Positions 1 to 9,255 of a stretch of 64,000 nt of DNA are shown in pieces; within the stretch, counting starts at the first letter, position 1; the number at the start of each line of letters is the position of its first letter. The stretch comes from Syntrophorhabdaceae bacterium. Lineage in GTDB: Bacteria; Desulfobacterota; Syntrophorhabdia; Syntrophorhabdales; Syntrophorhabdaceae. The stretch spans positions 58,655 to 122,654 of the forward strand of contig JAQVWF010000003.1 in NCBI GenBank assembly GCA_028698615.1, read 5' to 3'. Below the pieces are notes generated by a model, which worked only from the letters and a program-made list of their open reading frames with translations, was not told the DNA's origin and searched no databases. The position numbers and the translations under genes are program-made.

Positions 1-1389
1 GTACTCAAGGAGTCGCTCGTTGAAATCCCTCTCGATGTTCTTGCTGAGACATTCCCCCCGTATGAAGGGGACAAAAGGGCAACTCCATCCGGTAAGGTCC
101 GCGTGCTCTTCCTTCGTCCTTTCCATCACACCGTCATAGAGATCGGCGATCCACCGTGCATAGCTATCGCATTGACCTTCACCGAGCCTTTCCCAAAAAT
201 CGTCCCCATAGGAGCCGAAGGTTATCTCCGTTCCGGCAAAACGCTGGCAGGGATGAATGGCGCCATCAGCGCAAAAGACCATTTGTCTCATTCCGGCGGG
301 ACAGGTGAAGTGGGCTCCCGTTATCATCTGCACAACGGCGAACTTCCATTCCCCGTCAAACTCGATACCGTATTTCTCCGTTGCCAGATCCATTCTCCTG
401 ATGGCTTCGAACCTCTCCTCTTCCGACAACTCTATCTTTCTCTCCTGTGCCGACTGACCGCAAAATATGTTGGCTGTGATGTTCCGTATCCCGATGGCAG
501 CCATCTCATCTACAAATTGGTCGATATTCGAGAAATTGGCCTTGCTGAGAACCGTCAAAACGTCGCACTCCACGCCGGTGGCGATTATGCGTTTCAAGTT
601 GTGGACAACCCTGTCAAAGGTGCCTTTTCCGGTATGGTCGACTCTTCGTTTGTCGTTGTCGTCCCTGACCCCATCGAGGCTTACCTTGAATCCCAGCCGG
701 GATCGATTCTTTACTATCCAATCATACTCATCTTCCTTCAGATTGAAGGCATTCGTGAATACTTTGAACGTGGTATCAATCCCGTATTCTTCGGACATGA
801 CAACCGCCCGGTCGTAGATCCGGCTCATGGTTGCAAAATTCAAAAGAGGCTCGTAGCCAAGAAAGGATATGAGCAGTGACGGAACCCCCCTTTTTTTCAA
901 ATAGGGGAACAGACCCCGGAGGACCTCATCGGCAAACTCACTCGTCATGTGGCTGCTTTTAAAATCGTAAAAGGTGTGATAGCAACCCTTGCAGGCAAGG
1001 TTGCATTTGGCGGAAACGAGAAAGGTCACCTTCGATACCCTGGCGATCTCGTTCCTGCGTCTTGCCATTGCGACATACTCCGTGAACATATCCCGGACGT
1101 TCCTGCTTTCCTCTACCAGGAAATGTTTTTCATAGAGTTCCCTTATCAGCACCGAGGGTTCGCACCGGCACATCCCCGATATTCCCGTCACCGCGGCCCG
1201 CGCCGACGCAGGGATATCGAAGAATCCGAGGACATCGATCATCTCAGTCCCGTATGACGTCAAATTGCCATGCAATTTGCTGTAGACCCTCACCTCATTC
1301 TCATCCAGTTGCTTCACCGCCAGAAAGGGCGACTTCTTCAACACAACATCGGGCGGCATCTCTGTCGGATTCACGTGTATTTCTCCCAT
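1..1389 (-). CDS. radical SAM / SPASM-type (peptide-maturase-like) protein; C-terminus truncated by window edge
   Basis: Missing from the ORF track because it is open to position 1. Hand translation of the minus strand from ATG 1389 is stop-free: MGEIHVNPTE...KVTFLVSAKCNLACKGCYH (CxxxCxxC radical SAM motif), later CPAGMRQMVFCADGAIHPC and WSCPFVPFIRGEC (SPASM/twitch-like Cys clusters). The ~95-aa N-terminal extension looks PqqD/RRE-like (inference). Plus-strand ORFs 103-1475 are antisense shadows. Confidence 0.75.
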   Translation of the reverse strand, partial: MGEIHVNPTEMPPDVVLKKSPFLAVKQLDENEVRVYSKLHGNLTSYGTEMIDVLGFFDIPASARAAVTGISGMCRCEPSVLIRELYEKHFLVEESRNVRDMFTEYVAMARRRNEIARVSKVTFLVSAKCNLACKGCYHTFYDFKSSHMTSEFADEVLRGLFPYLKKRGVPSLLISFLGYEPLLNFATMSRIYDRAVVMSEEYGIDTTFKVFTNAFNLKEDEYDWIVKNRSRLGFKVSLDGVRDDNDKRRVDHTGKGTFDRVVHNLKRIIATGVECDVLTVLSKANFSNIDQFVDEMAAIGIRNITANIFCGQSAQERKIELSEEERFEAIRRMDLATEKYGIEFDGEWKFAVVQMITGAHFTCPAGMRQMVFCADGAIHPCQRFAGTEITFGSYGDDFWERLGEGQCDSYARWIADLYDGVMERTKEEHADLTGWSCPFVPFIRGECLSKNIERDFNERLLEY

Positions 1390-1463
1390 CTTCAGTGTGG
1401 TTCGTCAAAAACCCGGGTTGCGCCTTTCCTGCCAGCTTGTTTTCCTGTCATTACAATGGGTTT

Positions 1464-1492
1464 TATATAAAATGACTGTCCACCTCTGTCAA
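1464..1492 (-). promoter_or_regulatory. sigma70-type promoter TTGACA-17-TATATA for the radical SAM gene
   Basis: On the minus strand: -35 TTGACA (1492-1487), 17-nt spacer, -10 TATATA (1469-1464). About 75 nt upstream of ATG 1389. Confidence 0.45.
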
Positions 1493-1661
1493 GATACACC
1501 AGATGACGTAAAATACTCAAGTACCGCCGGTGGATGATGTTCTTGTGCGCCCGGTGCCGTTCCGGATAAAAGCGATCCCCAATGTGACGTATTGTTGTTT
1601 TATTAAGGAACTCAATCTGCTAGAATCCATACAATGAGATCCGGGCAAGCGGGGTGATGAT

Positions 1662-2150
1662 ATGGAAGCATTCAAAGATTGGCTGAAACCCGAATTGATA
1701 TGGTTTCTCATCGGCCTTGTGCTGATGCTTCTGGAATTCGTTCTGCCAGGCTTCATCGTTTTCTTCTTCGGCGTCGGGGCCTGGATCGTGGCGCTCATTT
1801 GCCTCTTTACCGACATATCCATCAATGTTCAGCTCATCCTGTTCCTCGTGGCCTCGGTCCTGCTTCTTGCATCATTGAGAAAATGGGTGAGGGGCGTCTT
1901 CGTCGGCTACAAGAAATATGGCCGGCCGTCCGATGACGATCTGTCGGAATTTACGGGACAAAAGGCCGTGGTGACAAGGAAGATCGACCCCGTCATGGGC
2001 GGCAAGGTGGAGCTTCACGGCACAAGTTGGAGCGCCGAAACGAACGGAGGTGAACCCATAGAGGAAGGAGCCCTCGTGGAAGTCACCGGCAAGCATGGCC
2101 TGACACTGAAGGTCAAGAAATATCCTGCAAAGGGAGGGGATACATTATGA
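1662..2150 (+). CDS. NfeD family membrane protein
   Basis: N-terminal TM helices followed by a C-terminal OB-like tail (GKVELHGTSWSAETNG...VEVTGKHGLTLKVKK). 4-nt overlap with the downstream SPFH gene, the classical NfeD-SPFH pair. Confidence 0.8.
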   Translation: MEAFKDWLKPELIWFLIGLVLMLLEFVLPGFIVFFFGVGAWIVALICLFTDISINVQLILFLVASVLLLASLRKWVRGVFVGYKKYGRPSDDDLSEFTGQKAVVTRKIDPVMGGKVELHGTSWSAETNGGEPIEEGALVEVTGKHGLTLKVKKYPAKGGDTL

Positions 2151-3085
2151 ACTTTTTTACTGTTATCATTCTTGGCCTCATTATTATCGTCGTCGTAGCC
2201 TTTTCGAAGACCATTCGCATCGTTCCGCAGAAAGTCGCTTTCATCATCGAGCGTCTCGGCAAATACAACGCGACGCTGGACGCGGGCCTGCACGTTCTCA
2301 TACCCTTCATAGACAGGGTCGCTTACAAGCATACGTTGAAGGAGCAGGCCATCGACGTCGCTTCCCAGACATGCATCACCCGGGATAACATCTCCGTAGA
2401 GGTGGACGGCATCCTGTACCTCCAGGTGGTCGACGCCCAGAAGGCATCTTACGGGATCAACAACTACCAGTTCGCCGCCATGCAGCTCGCCCAGACAACC
2501 ATGAGGAGCGTTATCGGAAAGCTTGAACTGGACAGGACCTTCGAGGAACGGGAGACGATCAATACCACCATCGTGGAGGCCGTCGACAAGGCATCAGATC
2601 CCTGGGGTGTGAAGGTGACGCGGTACGAGATAAAGAACATCGTGCCCCCGCAGAGCATCAAGGACGCCATGGAAAAACAGATGCGGGCCGAGAGGGAAAA
2701 AAGGGCCGTCATCGCAGAGTCGGAAGGCGACAAGCAGGCGAAGATCAATCGCGCCGAAGGCGTCAAGCAGGAAATGATCGCCACCTCCGAAGGTGAGAAA
2801 CAAAAACGGATCAACGAGGCAGAAGGCCGCGCGTCTGAGATCGTACGCGTTGCCACGGCGACCGCCAACGGCCTTCGCGAGATCGCCCTTGCCATAAACG
2901 AACAGGGCGGCATTAACGCCGTGAACCTGCGCATCGCCGAGCAGTACATAAACGAGTTTGGAAAGCTGGCAAGGACGAACAACACCCTGATCCTCCCCGC
3001 CAACCTCGGCGACCTCGCAGGTCTGGTCTCGACTGTGACGACGATACTCAAAGACGAGACGAAAACGCCGGGAAAACAAGCGTGA
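2147..3085 (+). CDS. SPFH/band-7 (stomatin/paraslipin-like) protein
   Basis: N-terminal TM segment, SPFH core (RIVPQKVAFIIERLGKY...TRDNISVEVDGILYLQV) and a C-terminal EA-rich coiled coil. Confidence 0.9.
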   Translation: MNFFTVIILGLIIIVVVAFSKTIRIVPQKVAFIIERLGKYNATLDAGLHVLIPFIDRVAYKHTLKEQAIDVASQTCITRDNISVEVDGILYLQVVDAQKASYGINNYQFAAMQLAQTTMRSVIGKLELDRTFEERETINTTIVEAVDKASDPWGVKVTRYEIKNIVPPQSIKDAMEKQMRAEREKRAVIAESEGDKQAKINRAEGVKQEMIATSEGEKQKRINEAEGRASEIVRVATATANGLREIALAINEQGGINAVNLRIAEQYINEFGKLARTNNTLILPANLGDLAGLVSTVTTILKDETKTPGKQA

Positions 3086-3092
3086 TCTATCA

Positions 3093-3140
3093 ACAGGTCC
3101 TATAGGACTTGCACAACCTGTAGGACCTGTCTTTTTTCTT
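3093..3140 (+). terminator. rho-independent terminator after the SPFH gene
   Basis: ACAGGTCCTA (3093-3102) pairs with TAGGACCTGT (3121-3130), followed by CTTTTTTCTTCTTT. The stem is built from AGGTCCT/AGGACCT heptamer-like units. Confidence 0.6.
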
Positions 3141-3227
3141 CTTTCGTCTTTTTATTTGACCCAACCGCCTCATTAGTGATACTTTTTTTTACCGAAACAT
3201 TTATCAGAAAACGACCTGGGAGGACAC

Positions 3228-3662
3228 ATGAAAGTGAGCATTCTTGCAGCACTCGCCATGGTTTTGGCGTTTGTATGGTGTGGCGGCGCCGGCGCCGCGG
3301 AGCCTAACATGAAGGACGGTCTCTGGCAGATCACGACAAAGGTCGAAATGAAGGGCATGCCCGTCAGTATTCCGCCCTCCGTTACGAAACAGTGCCTCAC
3401 AAAGAAGGACAGCGTACCGCAGTCCAGGGATAAGAACTCGAACTGCAAGATCATCGAGCAGAAGGTAAGCGGCAACACCGTAACATGGTCATCGGTCTGT
3501 AAGGAAAAGGACAGCACCGTGGAAAGCAAGGGGAGCATTACATACAAGGGCGATACCTTCGACGGGACAACAACGACAAATATCAAGGACAAAACCCAAA
3601 AGGCACAGCAGGTCTCCACCAAGATGAGCGGGAAACGGCTCGGGCCCTGCGACAAGAAATAG
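3228..3662 (+). CDS. secreted DUF3617-like protein
   Basis: Signal peptide, then the GLWQITTKVEM...KQC...C...W..C...ITYKGDTFDG...RLGPC pattern that I recognise as DUF3617-type. GGGAGG RBS. Confidence 0.6.
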   Translation: MKVSILAALAMVLAFVWCGGAGAAEPNMKDGLWQITTKVEMKGMPVSIPPSVTKQCLTKKDSVPQSRDKNSNCKIIEQKVSGNTVTWSSVCKEKDSTVESKGSITYKGDTFDGTTTTNIKDKTQKAQQVSTKMSGKRLGPCDKK

Positions 3663-3685
3663 CAAAAAGAACGCGAGGAACGGCT

Positions 3686-4747
3686 TTGAAGATCAAGATA
3701 AGGAAGAGCAGGAAAACAACGATAAACGAAGTTGATTTTGACAATCTGGAATTCGGCGTCCACTTCTCAGACCACATGTACTACGTCGATTACGGGGACG
3801 GACAGTGGGGTGACCCGCGCATCGAACCTTACGGCCCCATGAAGATGTACCCGGCGCTGAGCACTCTCCATTACGGACAGGCCGTTTTTGAAGGCCTCAA
3901 GGCCTTTCGCGGCGTCGATGGGAAGATCCGACTTTTCCGCCCGGACAAGAACCATGAGAGATACAACCAGTCCTGTGAGCGCTTGTGCATCCCGACGATC
4001 TCCTACGAACTCTTTTTCGAAGGGATGAAAAGGCTCGTTCACCTCGATAACGCATGGATACCGGATAAACGGGGCTGCTCCCTTTATATCAGGCCCTTCG
4101 TTTTTGCAACGGATAATTTTCTCGGCGTCAGGGTTTCCCATGCGTACCGGTTCATGATCATAACCTCACCTGTCGGAGCCTACTACAAAGAGGGTCTCAA
4201 CCCGGTCAAGCTCATCACGTCCGGAGAGTTTGTGCGCGCTGTCAGGGGCGGCCTGGGTGCGGTAAAGACCCCGGCAAACTACGCCGCTTCCCTGTATCCC
4301 GGCGAGATGGCCAAGAAAAAAGGCTTCACCCAGGTACTGTGGCTCGATGGCATCGAGAACCGGTGTATCGAAGAGGTGGGAACGATGAACATTATGTTCG
4401 TCATAGACGGCACAGTGGTAACACCGCCTCTTGAAGGATCGATCCTGCCCGGCGTGACCCGCAATTCCGTCATTTCACTGGCAAAGCATTGGGGTATTCC
4501 CGTGGAAGAGAGAAGGATCACCATAGACGAAGTCATGGCGGAGGCGAAAAGCGGGCGCCTTCAGGAGGTTTTTGGCACGGGGACGGCCGCAGTTATCTCA
4601 CCCGTGGGCTGGATCCGGCACAACGATGACATGGTCACCATCCACAGCGGTGAAATAGGCCCTGTTTCGCAGAGACTGTACGACGAGATCACCGGCATGC
4701 AGTACGGCGAAAAAACCGACCCATTCGGCTGGTGCGTCACGGTCTGA
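3686..4747 (+). CDS. ilvE: branched-chain amino acid aminotransferase
   Basis: LEFGVHFSDHM, HYGQAVFEGLKAFR, GLGAVKTPANYAAS and EVGTMNIMFV are class IV aminotransferase hallmarks. TTG start with a GAGGAA RBS. Confidence 0.9.
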   Translation: MKIKIRKSRKTTINEVDFDNLEFGVHFSDHMYYVDYGDGQWGDPRIEPYGPMKMYPALSTLHYGQAVFEGLKAFRGVDGKIRLFRPDKNHERYNQSCERLCIPTISYELFFEGMKRLVHLDNAWIPDKRGCSLYIRPFVFATDNFLGVRVSHAYRFMIITSPVGAYYKEGLNPVKLITSGEFVRAVRGGLGAVKTPANYAASLYPGEMAKKKGFTQVLWLDGIENRCIEEVGTMNIMFVIDGTVVTPPLEGSILPGVTRNSVISLAKHWGIPVEERRITIDEVMAEAKSGRLQEVFGTGTAAVISPVGWIRHNDDMVTIHSGEIGPVSQRLYDEITGMQYGEKTDPFGWCVTV

Positions 4748-4856
4748 GTATACTTGCTATCCTGAAGGGCAACCGCTTCGTGAGGGTCTTTCTTCCTCAC
4801 GCCGGTCGCGGGCCTCATAGCAAAGCTGGGCTACGATCTGTTCACCAGAAGATGGG

Positions 4857-5333
4857 TCACGTGTATTTCTTTTTCATCTTTGCCAGTTCGTGGAAGTGTC
4901 TGCGTTCTTCTTCTATGATCCTGTCGATCGCGCCGTAGTGCTTTTCGTCGATAAACTGTTTTGCCTCGTGATAGTACAGGATCGAATCCGCCTCGCGTCC
5001 CATGGCGAAGTGGATTGCCGAGGGCGCATCCAGAGAATCCGACATCGCCTGGGTGCTGGTATCTTTCGTGAATACCGCCTTGCCGTCAACATAGTCCCGC
5101 AAATAGGCTGCATATTCACCACGGAAGCTTTCCGCCAGGGGGTTTGTCTCGACACCCGAGAGCATCTCCTCAAAGATCCTCTTGTGCCGAACCTCTTCAT
5201 CGGCAAGATGGTTGAACAGGTCCCTCACTTCTTTGTCCACGGCGTTGATGGCCGCCTTGTGGTAGAACATCTCACCGTCTTCTTCGATCCGGATCGCAAA
5301 TTGAAGGATGTCGCCTGTGCTGAAGATATTCAT
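4857..5333 (-). CDS. rubrerythrin/ferritin-like diiron domain protein
   Basis: Repeated E...ExxH motifs (IEEDGEMFY, ADEEVRH, READSILYY, EEERRH). AAGGAGGG RBS. Confidence 0.7.
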   Translation of the reverse strand: MNIFSTGDILQFAIRIEEDGEMFYHKAAINAVDKEVRDLFNHLADEEVRHKRIFEEMLSGVETNPLAESFRGEYAAYLRDYVDGKAVFTKDTSTQAMSDSLDAPSAIHFAMGREADSILYYHEAKQFIDEKHYGAIDRIIEEERRHFHELAKMKKKYT

Positions 5334-5414
5334 GGTGCCCTCCTTTTTCGGTTATGCAACACCCCCGTTCGTCCCAGACAGGGATCGTGAAGGACAGAAC
5401 CGGGGCTATCATTA

Positions 5415-5443
5415 TATATATTGTTCATCAGGCGGATTGGCAA
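5415..5443 (-). promoter_or_regulatory. sigma70-type promoter TTGCCA-17-TATATA for the ferritin-like gene
   Basis: On the minus strand: -35 TTGCCA (5443-5438), 17-nt spacer, -10 TATATA (5420-5415). Confidence 0.4.
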
Positions 5444-5455
5444 CCCCCTTTTTTT

Positions 5456-6190
5456 TCAGCCGGGGACACCCTTCCTGTTTTCGACGGGGCCGAGAGTCCT
5501 GAGAGAGAATCCCGAAGAGGTCTCATAGGAGACAAAGCTTGCGTATGACACGAGGTCGCCCGTGTTGAGGTACCGCTTCTTTGCCGGGCCGTCGCCTATC
5601 TCGACGATGTCGGGTATATGGGAATGAGCAAGGATCACCACGTCGTACCCTTCGGAGAATTTCGTCCTCGCATGGGACCTGAACACATCCCGCACCATCT
5701 CGTTGTATCCCTTGCTCTTGCGGGACAGAAGGGGGCGCATAAGCGTCGCTATGCTCCAGGTCAGATCCGGGCCAAGAAAATCCATGATGCCGTAGAAAAA
5801 GGGCCGCTTGAGAAGACGGCCAAGGGAAAGCCTGGCAAAACCGTCGCCATGGGCCAGAAAGACCCTTTTCCCATCTATGTCGAGGCTGAGTTCCGTCGCA
5901 CAGGTGACCCCGGTATAGTCCTCAAAATACTTCCCCAGGGAGAATTCATGGTTCCCCTCCAGGAAGAACACGCTCTTGCCGCGGCCGACAAGGTTCCTGA
6001 AGCTGTCAGCCATGGTACGATACCAGGGGTATATGTACCCGTTATAGCCATGATAGAAATCGAAAAGGTCGCCAAGAACGACGACCATGTCGGCATCCTC
6101 GCAGTAATCGGCGATGAACCGCAAGGTGAGGACAGCCCTGTCAACGCTTGTGCGGGTCATGTGCACATCGGAAAAGAAAACTATCTTCAT
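5456..6190 (-). CDS. lpxH: UDP-2,3-diacylglucosamine diphosphatase-like metallophosphoesterase
   Basis: FFSDVHM, LGDLFDF, EGNHEF, AHGD and AHSH metallophosphoesterase motifs. Length is LpxH-like. Confidence 0.7.
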   Translation of the reverse strand: MKIVFFSDVHMTRTSVDRAVLTLRFIADYCEDADMVVVLGDLFDFYHGYNGYIYPWYRTMADSFRNLVGRGKSVFFLEGNHEFSLGKYFEDYTGVTCATELSLDIDGKRVFLAHGDGFARLSLGRLLKRPFFYGIMDFLGPDLTWSIATLMRPLLSRKSKGYNEMVRDVFRSHARTKFSEGYDVVILAHSHIPDIVEIGDGPAKKRYLNTGDLVSYASFVSYETSSGFSLRTLGPVENRKGVPG

Positions 6191-6199
6191 GACAGGTCT

Positions 6200-7039
6200 C
6201 TAACCCCCGGTTGCCAGGTATTCCCTGAGGGCATCCATCCAGTTGCGCATCCCTATCCCCGTGGCCCGCTCGAGCTTCGTGAGGTCGAAGACGGAACATG
6301 CAGGCCTCGCGGCCTTTCTGCCCAGTTCTCGCGATGATATGGGAATTGTCTCGACATTCATGTTCCCGATGGAGAAGATGGCCCTCGCAAATTCGAACCA
6401 CGTGCATGAACCACTGTTCGATACGTGATAAATACCCGTGAGTCCTTTCGCGATGATAGAGATGATGGGCGCGGCAAGGTCCAGGGCGTACGTGGGAGAC
6501 CCTCTCTGATCGTCCACAACCCGCACGCTTCCCTGTTCGCGCGCCAGCTTTCTTATCTTGTCGACAAAGCTGGTCCCGCCTTTCCCGTAAAGCCACTGGG
6601 TCCGCACGATGGCAGCGTCGGCAAGCCGTTCAAGGACCATCCTCTCGCCGGCGAGCTTTGTTCGGCCATAGACCGAAGCGGGGCCGGGTTCGTCGTCCTC
6701 CCGGTAAGGTGATCCCTTCGTGCCGTCGAAGACATAATCGGTGCTGACATGGACAAGCCGCGCTCCGGCGTCCGCACAGAGTCCCGCCACTGTTCCCGCC
6801 CCGTCCGCGTTTACCTTTCGCGCGACGTCAGCCCTGTCCTCACACCCGTCCACATCGGTCATGGCGGCCAGGTTGAGCACCACGTCGGGTCGGTGCAGGT
6901 TCATCAATTCCTTGCCTGCGGAGGCGGAGGTAATGTCCCATTCATCGATGTCATAGACTGCGAGTTCAAAACGCTCGCCGAGAAGCGGAAGGATGTTTCT
7001 CGCCAGTAATCCCCTGCCGCCGGATATGAGGACCTTCAT
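6200..7039 (-). CDS. rfbD: dTDP-4-dehydrorhamnose reductase
   Basis: RmlD-like sequence (STDYVFDG, YGRTKLAGE, RTQWLYG). Sits in the rml operon. Confidence 0.9.
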   Translation of the reverse strand: MKVLISGGRGLLARNILPLLGERFELAVYDIDEWDITSASAGKELMNLHRPDVVLNLAAMTDVDGCEDRADVARKVNADGAGTVAGLCADAGARLVHVSTDYVFDGTKGSPYREDDEPGPASVYGRTKLAGERMVLERLADAAIVRTQWLYGKGGTSFVDKIRKLAREQGSVRVVDDQRGSPTYALDLAAPIISIIAKGLTGIYHVSNSGSCTWFEFARAIFSIGNMNVETIPISSRELGRKAARPACSVFDLTKLERATGIGMRNWMDALREYLATGG

Positions 7040-8046
7040 CGATTCCCGTACATCTTTTCATAGTAATCGAGATATTCCCCCGTCTTGATCCTTTCCCACC
7101 AGCCCTTGTTCTTCACGTACCAGTTGACGGTGTCGCGCATGCCCTCCGAAAAATCCACGGAGGGACTGTAACCCAGTTCCTCCGTTATCTTTCGGGAATC
7201 GATGGCGTAGCGGCGATCATGGCCGGGCCTGTCCTTCACGTACCGGATGAGGGACCGGGGCTTGCCCAGCGCCTCAAGGACGAGTTCGACGATCTCGATG
7301 TTCGTCCGCTCGTTCGAGGCCCCGATATTGTATACATTGCCGTCCTCACCCTTGTGGACAACAAGGTCAATGGCGGAGCAATGGTCCTTGACATGGATCC
7401 AGTCGCGCACGTTGAGTCCGTCGCCATAGACGGGCAATTCCCTGTCCGCGAGGGCATTGGTTATCATGAGAGGAATGAGTTTTTCCGGAAACTGGTAGGG
7501 CCCGTAATTATTGGAACACCTCGTGACGATGACGGGCATCCCGTATGTCTTGAAATAGGCCATGGCCAGTATGTCCGCCGCCGTCTTTGAGGCCGAATAG
7601 GGGCTGTTCGGGGAAAGCGGCGTATCTTCGCGGAAGGCCCCGCTGTCACCGAGGGAACCGTAGACCTCGTCCGTGGATATCTGGACAAAGCGTCTGACCC
7701 CCTTCTTTCTCGCCATCTCGAGAAGGTTGAAGGTGCCGTTTATATTGGTCCTGATGAACGTGTCGGGATCCATGATACTTCTGTCCACGTGGGATTCGGC
7801 CGCAAAGTTCACGACGACATCGATGGACCTCTCGAAAACAGGCTCGATATCGCCCATGGAAGCGATATCGCCGCGCACGAAAATGTACCTGCCCTTCCCC
7901 TCGATGTCCTCGAGGTTCTCGAGATTGCCCGCGTATGTCAGTTTATCCAGGTTGATAACGGTGTAATCGTACCTGTCCAGCATGTGGCGCACGAAATTGG
8001 TCCCGATGAAGCCACAGCCGCCGGTGATGAGTATCGTTTCAGCCAT
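7036..8046 (-). CDS. rfbB: dTDP-glucose 4,6-dehydratase
   Basis: ILITGGCGFIGTNF and YSASKTAAD (YxxxK). Start moved to ATG 8046 (MAETILITGG), which follows a GGGAGAGG RBS. Confidence 0.92.
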   Translation of the reverse strand: MAETILITGGCGFIGTNFVRHMLDRYDYTVINLDKLTYAGNLENLEDIEGKGRYIFVRGDIASMGDIEPVFERSIDVVVNFAAESHVDRSIMDPDTFIRTNINGTFNLLEMARKKGVRRFVQISTDEVYGSLGDSGAFREDTPLSPNSPYSASKTAADILAMAYFKTYGMPVIVTRCSNNYGPYQFPEKLIPLMITNALADRELPVYGDGLNVRDWIHVKDHCSAIDLVVHKGEDGNVYNIGASNERTNIEIVELVLEALGKPRSLIRYVKDRPGHDRRYAIDSRKITEELGYSPSVDFSEGMRDTVNWYVKNKGWWERIKTGEYLDYYEKMYGNR

Positions 8047-8494
8047 CTTTCCTCTCCCAGCTGTACGGTATGTCATTCACGTGGGGATCGATCCTGAATT
8101 CGTCGGGCTCCCGGTAATTGTAGGCCATGGTGGGGGCATTTATGATGATGGCCTCCTCGAGGCTCACGCATTTCCACCCGTGATAGACCATCCGCGGAAC
8201 CTTAACGAGTCTGGGATCGTACTCGCCCGCATAGAGTTCGTTGACCTCTCCCCGCGTGGGAGATCCCTCGCGGTCGTCGTAGAGGACGAGCTTTATCATT
8301 CCCCTGATGCAGGCGATGAAGTCGTCCTGCATCTTGTGGTAATGCCACGCCTTCACCACCTGGGGATATGTGGTCGTCATGTAGACCTGGCCAAATCCGG
8401 CGAAGATGTCGTCGTCGCTGCGCAGGATCTCCATCAGCCTGCCCCGTTCATCGGGTATGACCTTCAATGTCTTTATTCCGACTCCGTCTATCAT
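8039..8494 (-). CDS. rfbC: dTDP-4-dehydrorhamnose 3,5-epimerase
   Basis: PDERGRLMEI...QVYMTTTYPQVVKAWHYH cupin. Start moved to ATG 8494 (GGAGAGG RBS); the longer ORF-track start overlaps rfbA. Confidence 0.9.
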   Translation of the reverse strand: MIDGVGIKTLKVIPDERGRLMEILRSDDDIFAGFGQVYMTTTYPQVVKAWHYHKMQDDFIACIRGMIKLVLYDDREGSPTRGEVNELYAGEYDPRLVKVPRMVYHGWKCVSLEEAIIINAPTMAYNYREPDEFRIDPHVNDIPYSWERKDG

Positions 8495-8510
8495 ATATCC
8501 TCTCCCGGGG

Positions 8511-9239
8511 CTACCTGTTGTTGGCCCCTGTCTGTGAAACGAGCATGCTGGCCCGAAGGAGCGATTCGAAGGTGCCCGCGTCCGTCCACCACCCATCGAG
8601 CATCTCCCAGGTCATGGTGCCGGCCTTGACATAGGCGTTGTTCACGTCGGTGATCTCAAGCTCGCCCCGCTCAGACGGTTTGAGGGTCTTCACAATGTCG
8701 AAGACGTTCGCGTCGTAGAGATAAATACCTACAACGGCAAGGTTGCTCCCGGGATTCTTCGGTTTCTCTACGATGTTGACGAGCTTGCCGCCCGTCAACT
8801 CGGCAACCCCGAACCTCTCCGGATCGGGGACCTCCTTGAGCATGATCTTCGCTCCCGCCTTCTGCTCCTTGAAATCCTGGACGGCCTTGATGATGTTCCT
8901 TTCGATAATGTTATCGCCAAGGACGACGCAGATAGACTCTCCGTCGGCAAAATACTCCGCGAGGGACAGGGCATCGGCAATGCCGCCTTCACCTTCCTGA
9001 TAGGTGTAGTTGAGGTGCTTCAGCCCAAAGTCCTTCCCGTTGCCCATGAGGCGCAGGAAATCCCCTGCGTGATTGCCTCCCGTCACGATCATGATGTCCG
9101 TGATGCCCGCGTTTATGAGGGTCTCGATGGGATAGTAGATCATGGGCTTCTCGTATACGGGGAGGAGATGCTTGTTCGTTATTCGTGTAAGAGGAGCAAG
9201 ACGCGATCCCAAACCGCCTGCCAGTATGATGCCCTTCAT
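8511..9239 (-). CDS. rfbA: glucose-1-phosphate thymidylyltransferase (short form)
   Basis: MKGIILAGGLGSRLAPLT...NKHLLPV nucleotidyltransferase signature. Operon context. Confidence 0.85.
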   Translation of the reverse strand: MKGIILAGGLGSRLAPLTRITNKHLLPVYEKPMIYYPIETLINAGITDIMIVTGGNHAGDFLRLMGNGKDFGLKHLNYTYQEGEGGIADALSLAEYFADGESICVVLGDNIIERNIIKAVQDFKEQKAGAKIMLKEVPDPERFGVAELTGGKLVNIVEKPKNPGSNLAVVGIYLYDANVFDIVKTLKPSERGELEITDVNNAYVKAGTMTWEMLDGWWTDAGTFESLLRASMLVSQTGANNR

Positions 9240-9255
9240 ATGATCGCTCCTCCCT

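Noticed and set aside
103-1475. Plus-strand ORFs 103-879, 257-457, 467-817, 949-1257, 1254-1475
   Set aside because: They are shadows of the minus-strand radical SAM/SPASM gene. That gene has clear cofactor motifs, whereas these ORFs have none.
4779-4801. Hairpin CGTGAGG...CCTCACG between the convergent ilvE and ferritin-like genes
   Set aside because: There is no flanking T-run on either strand, so there is too little support to call it a terminator.
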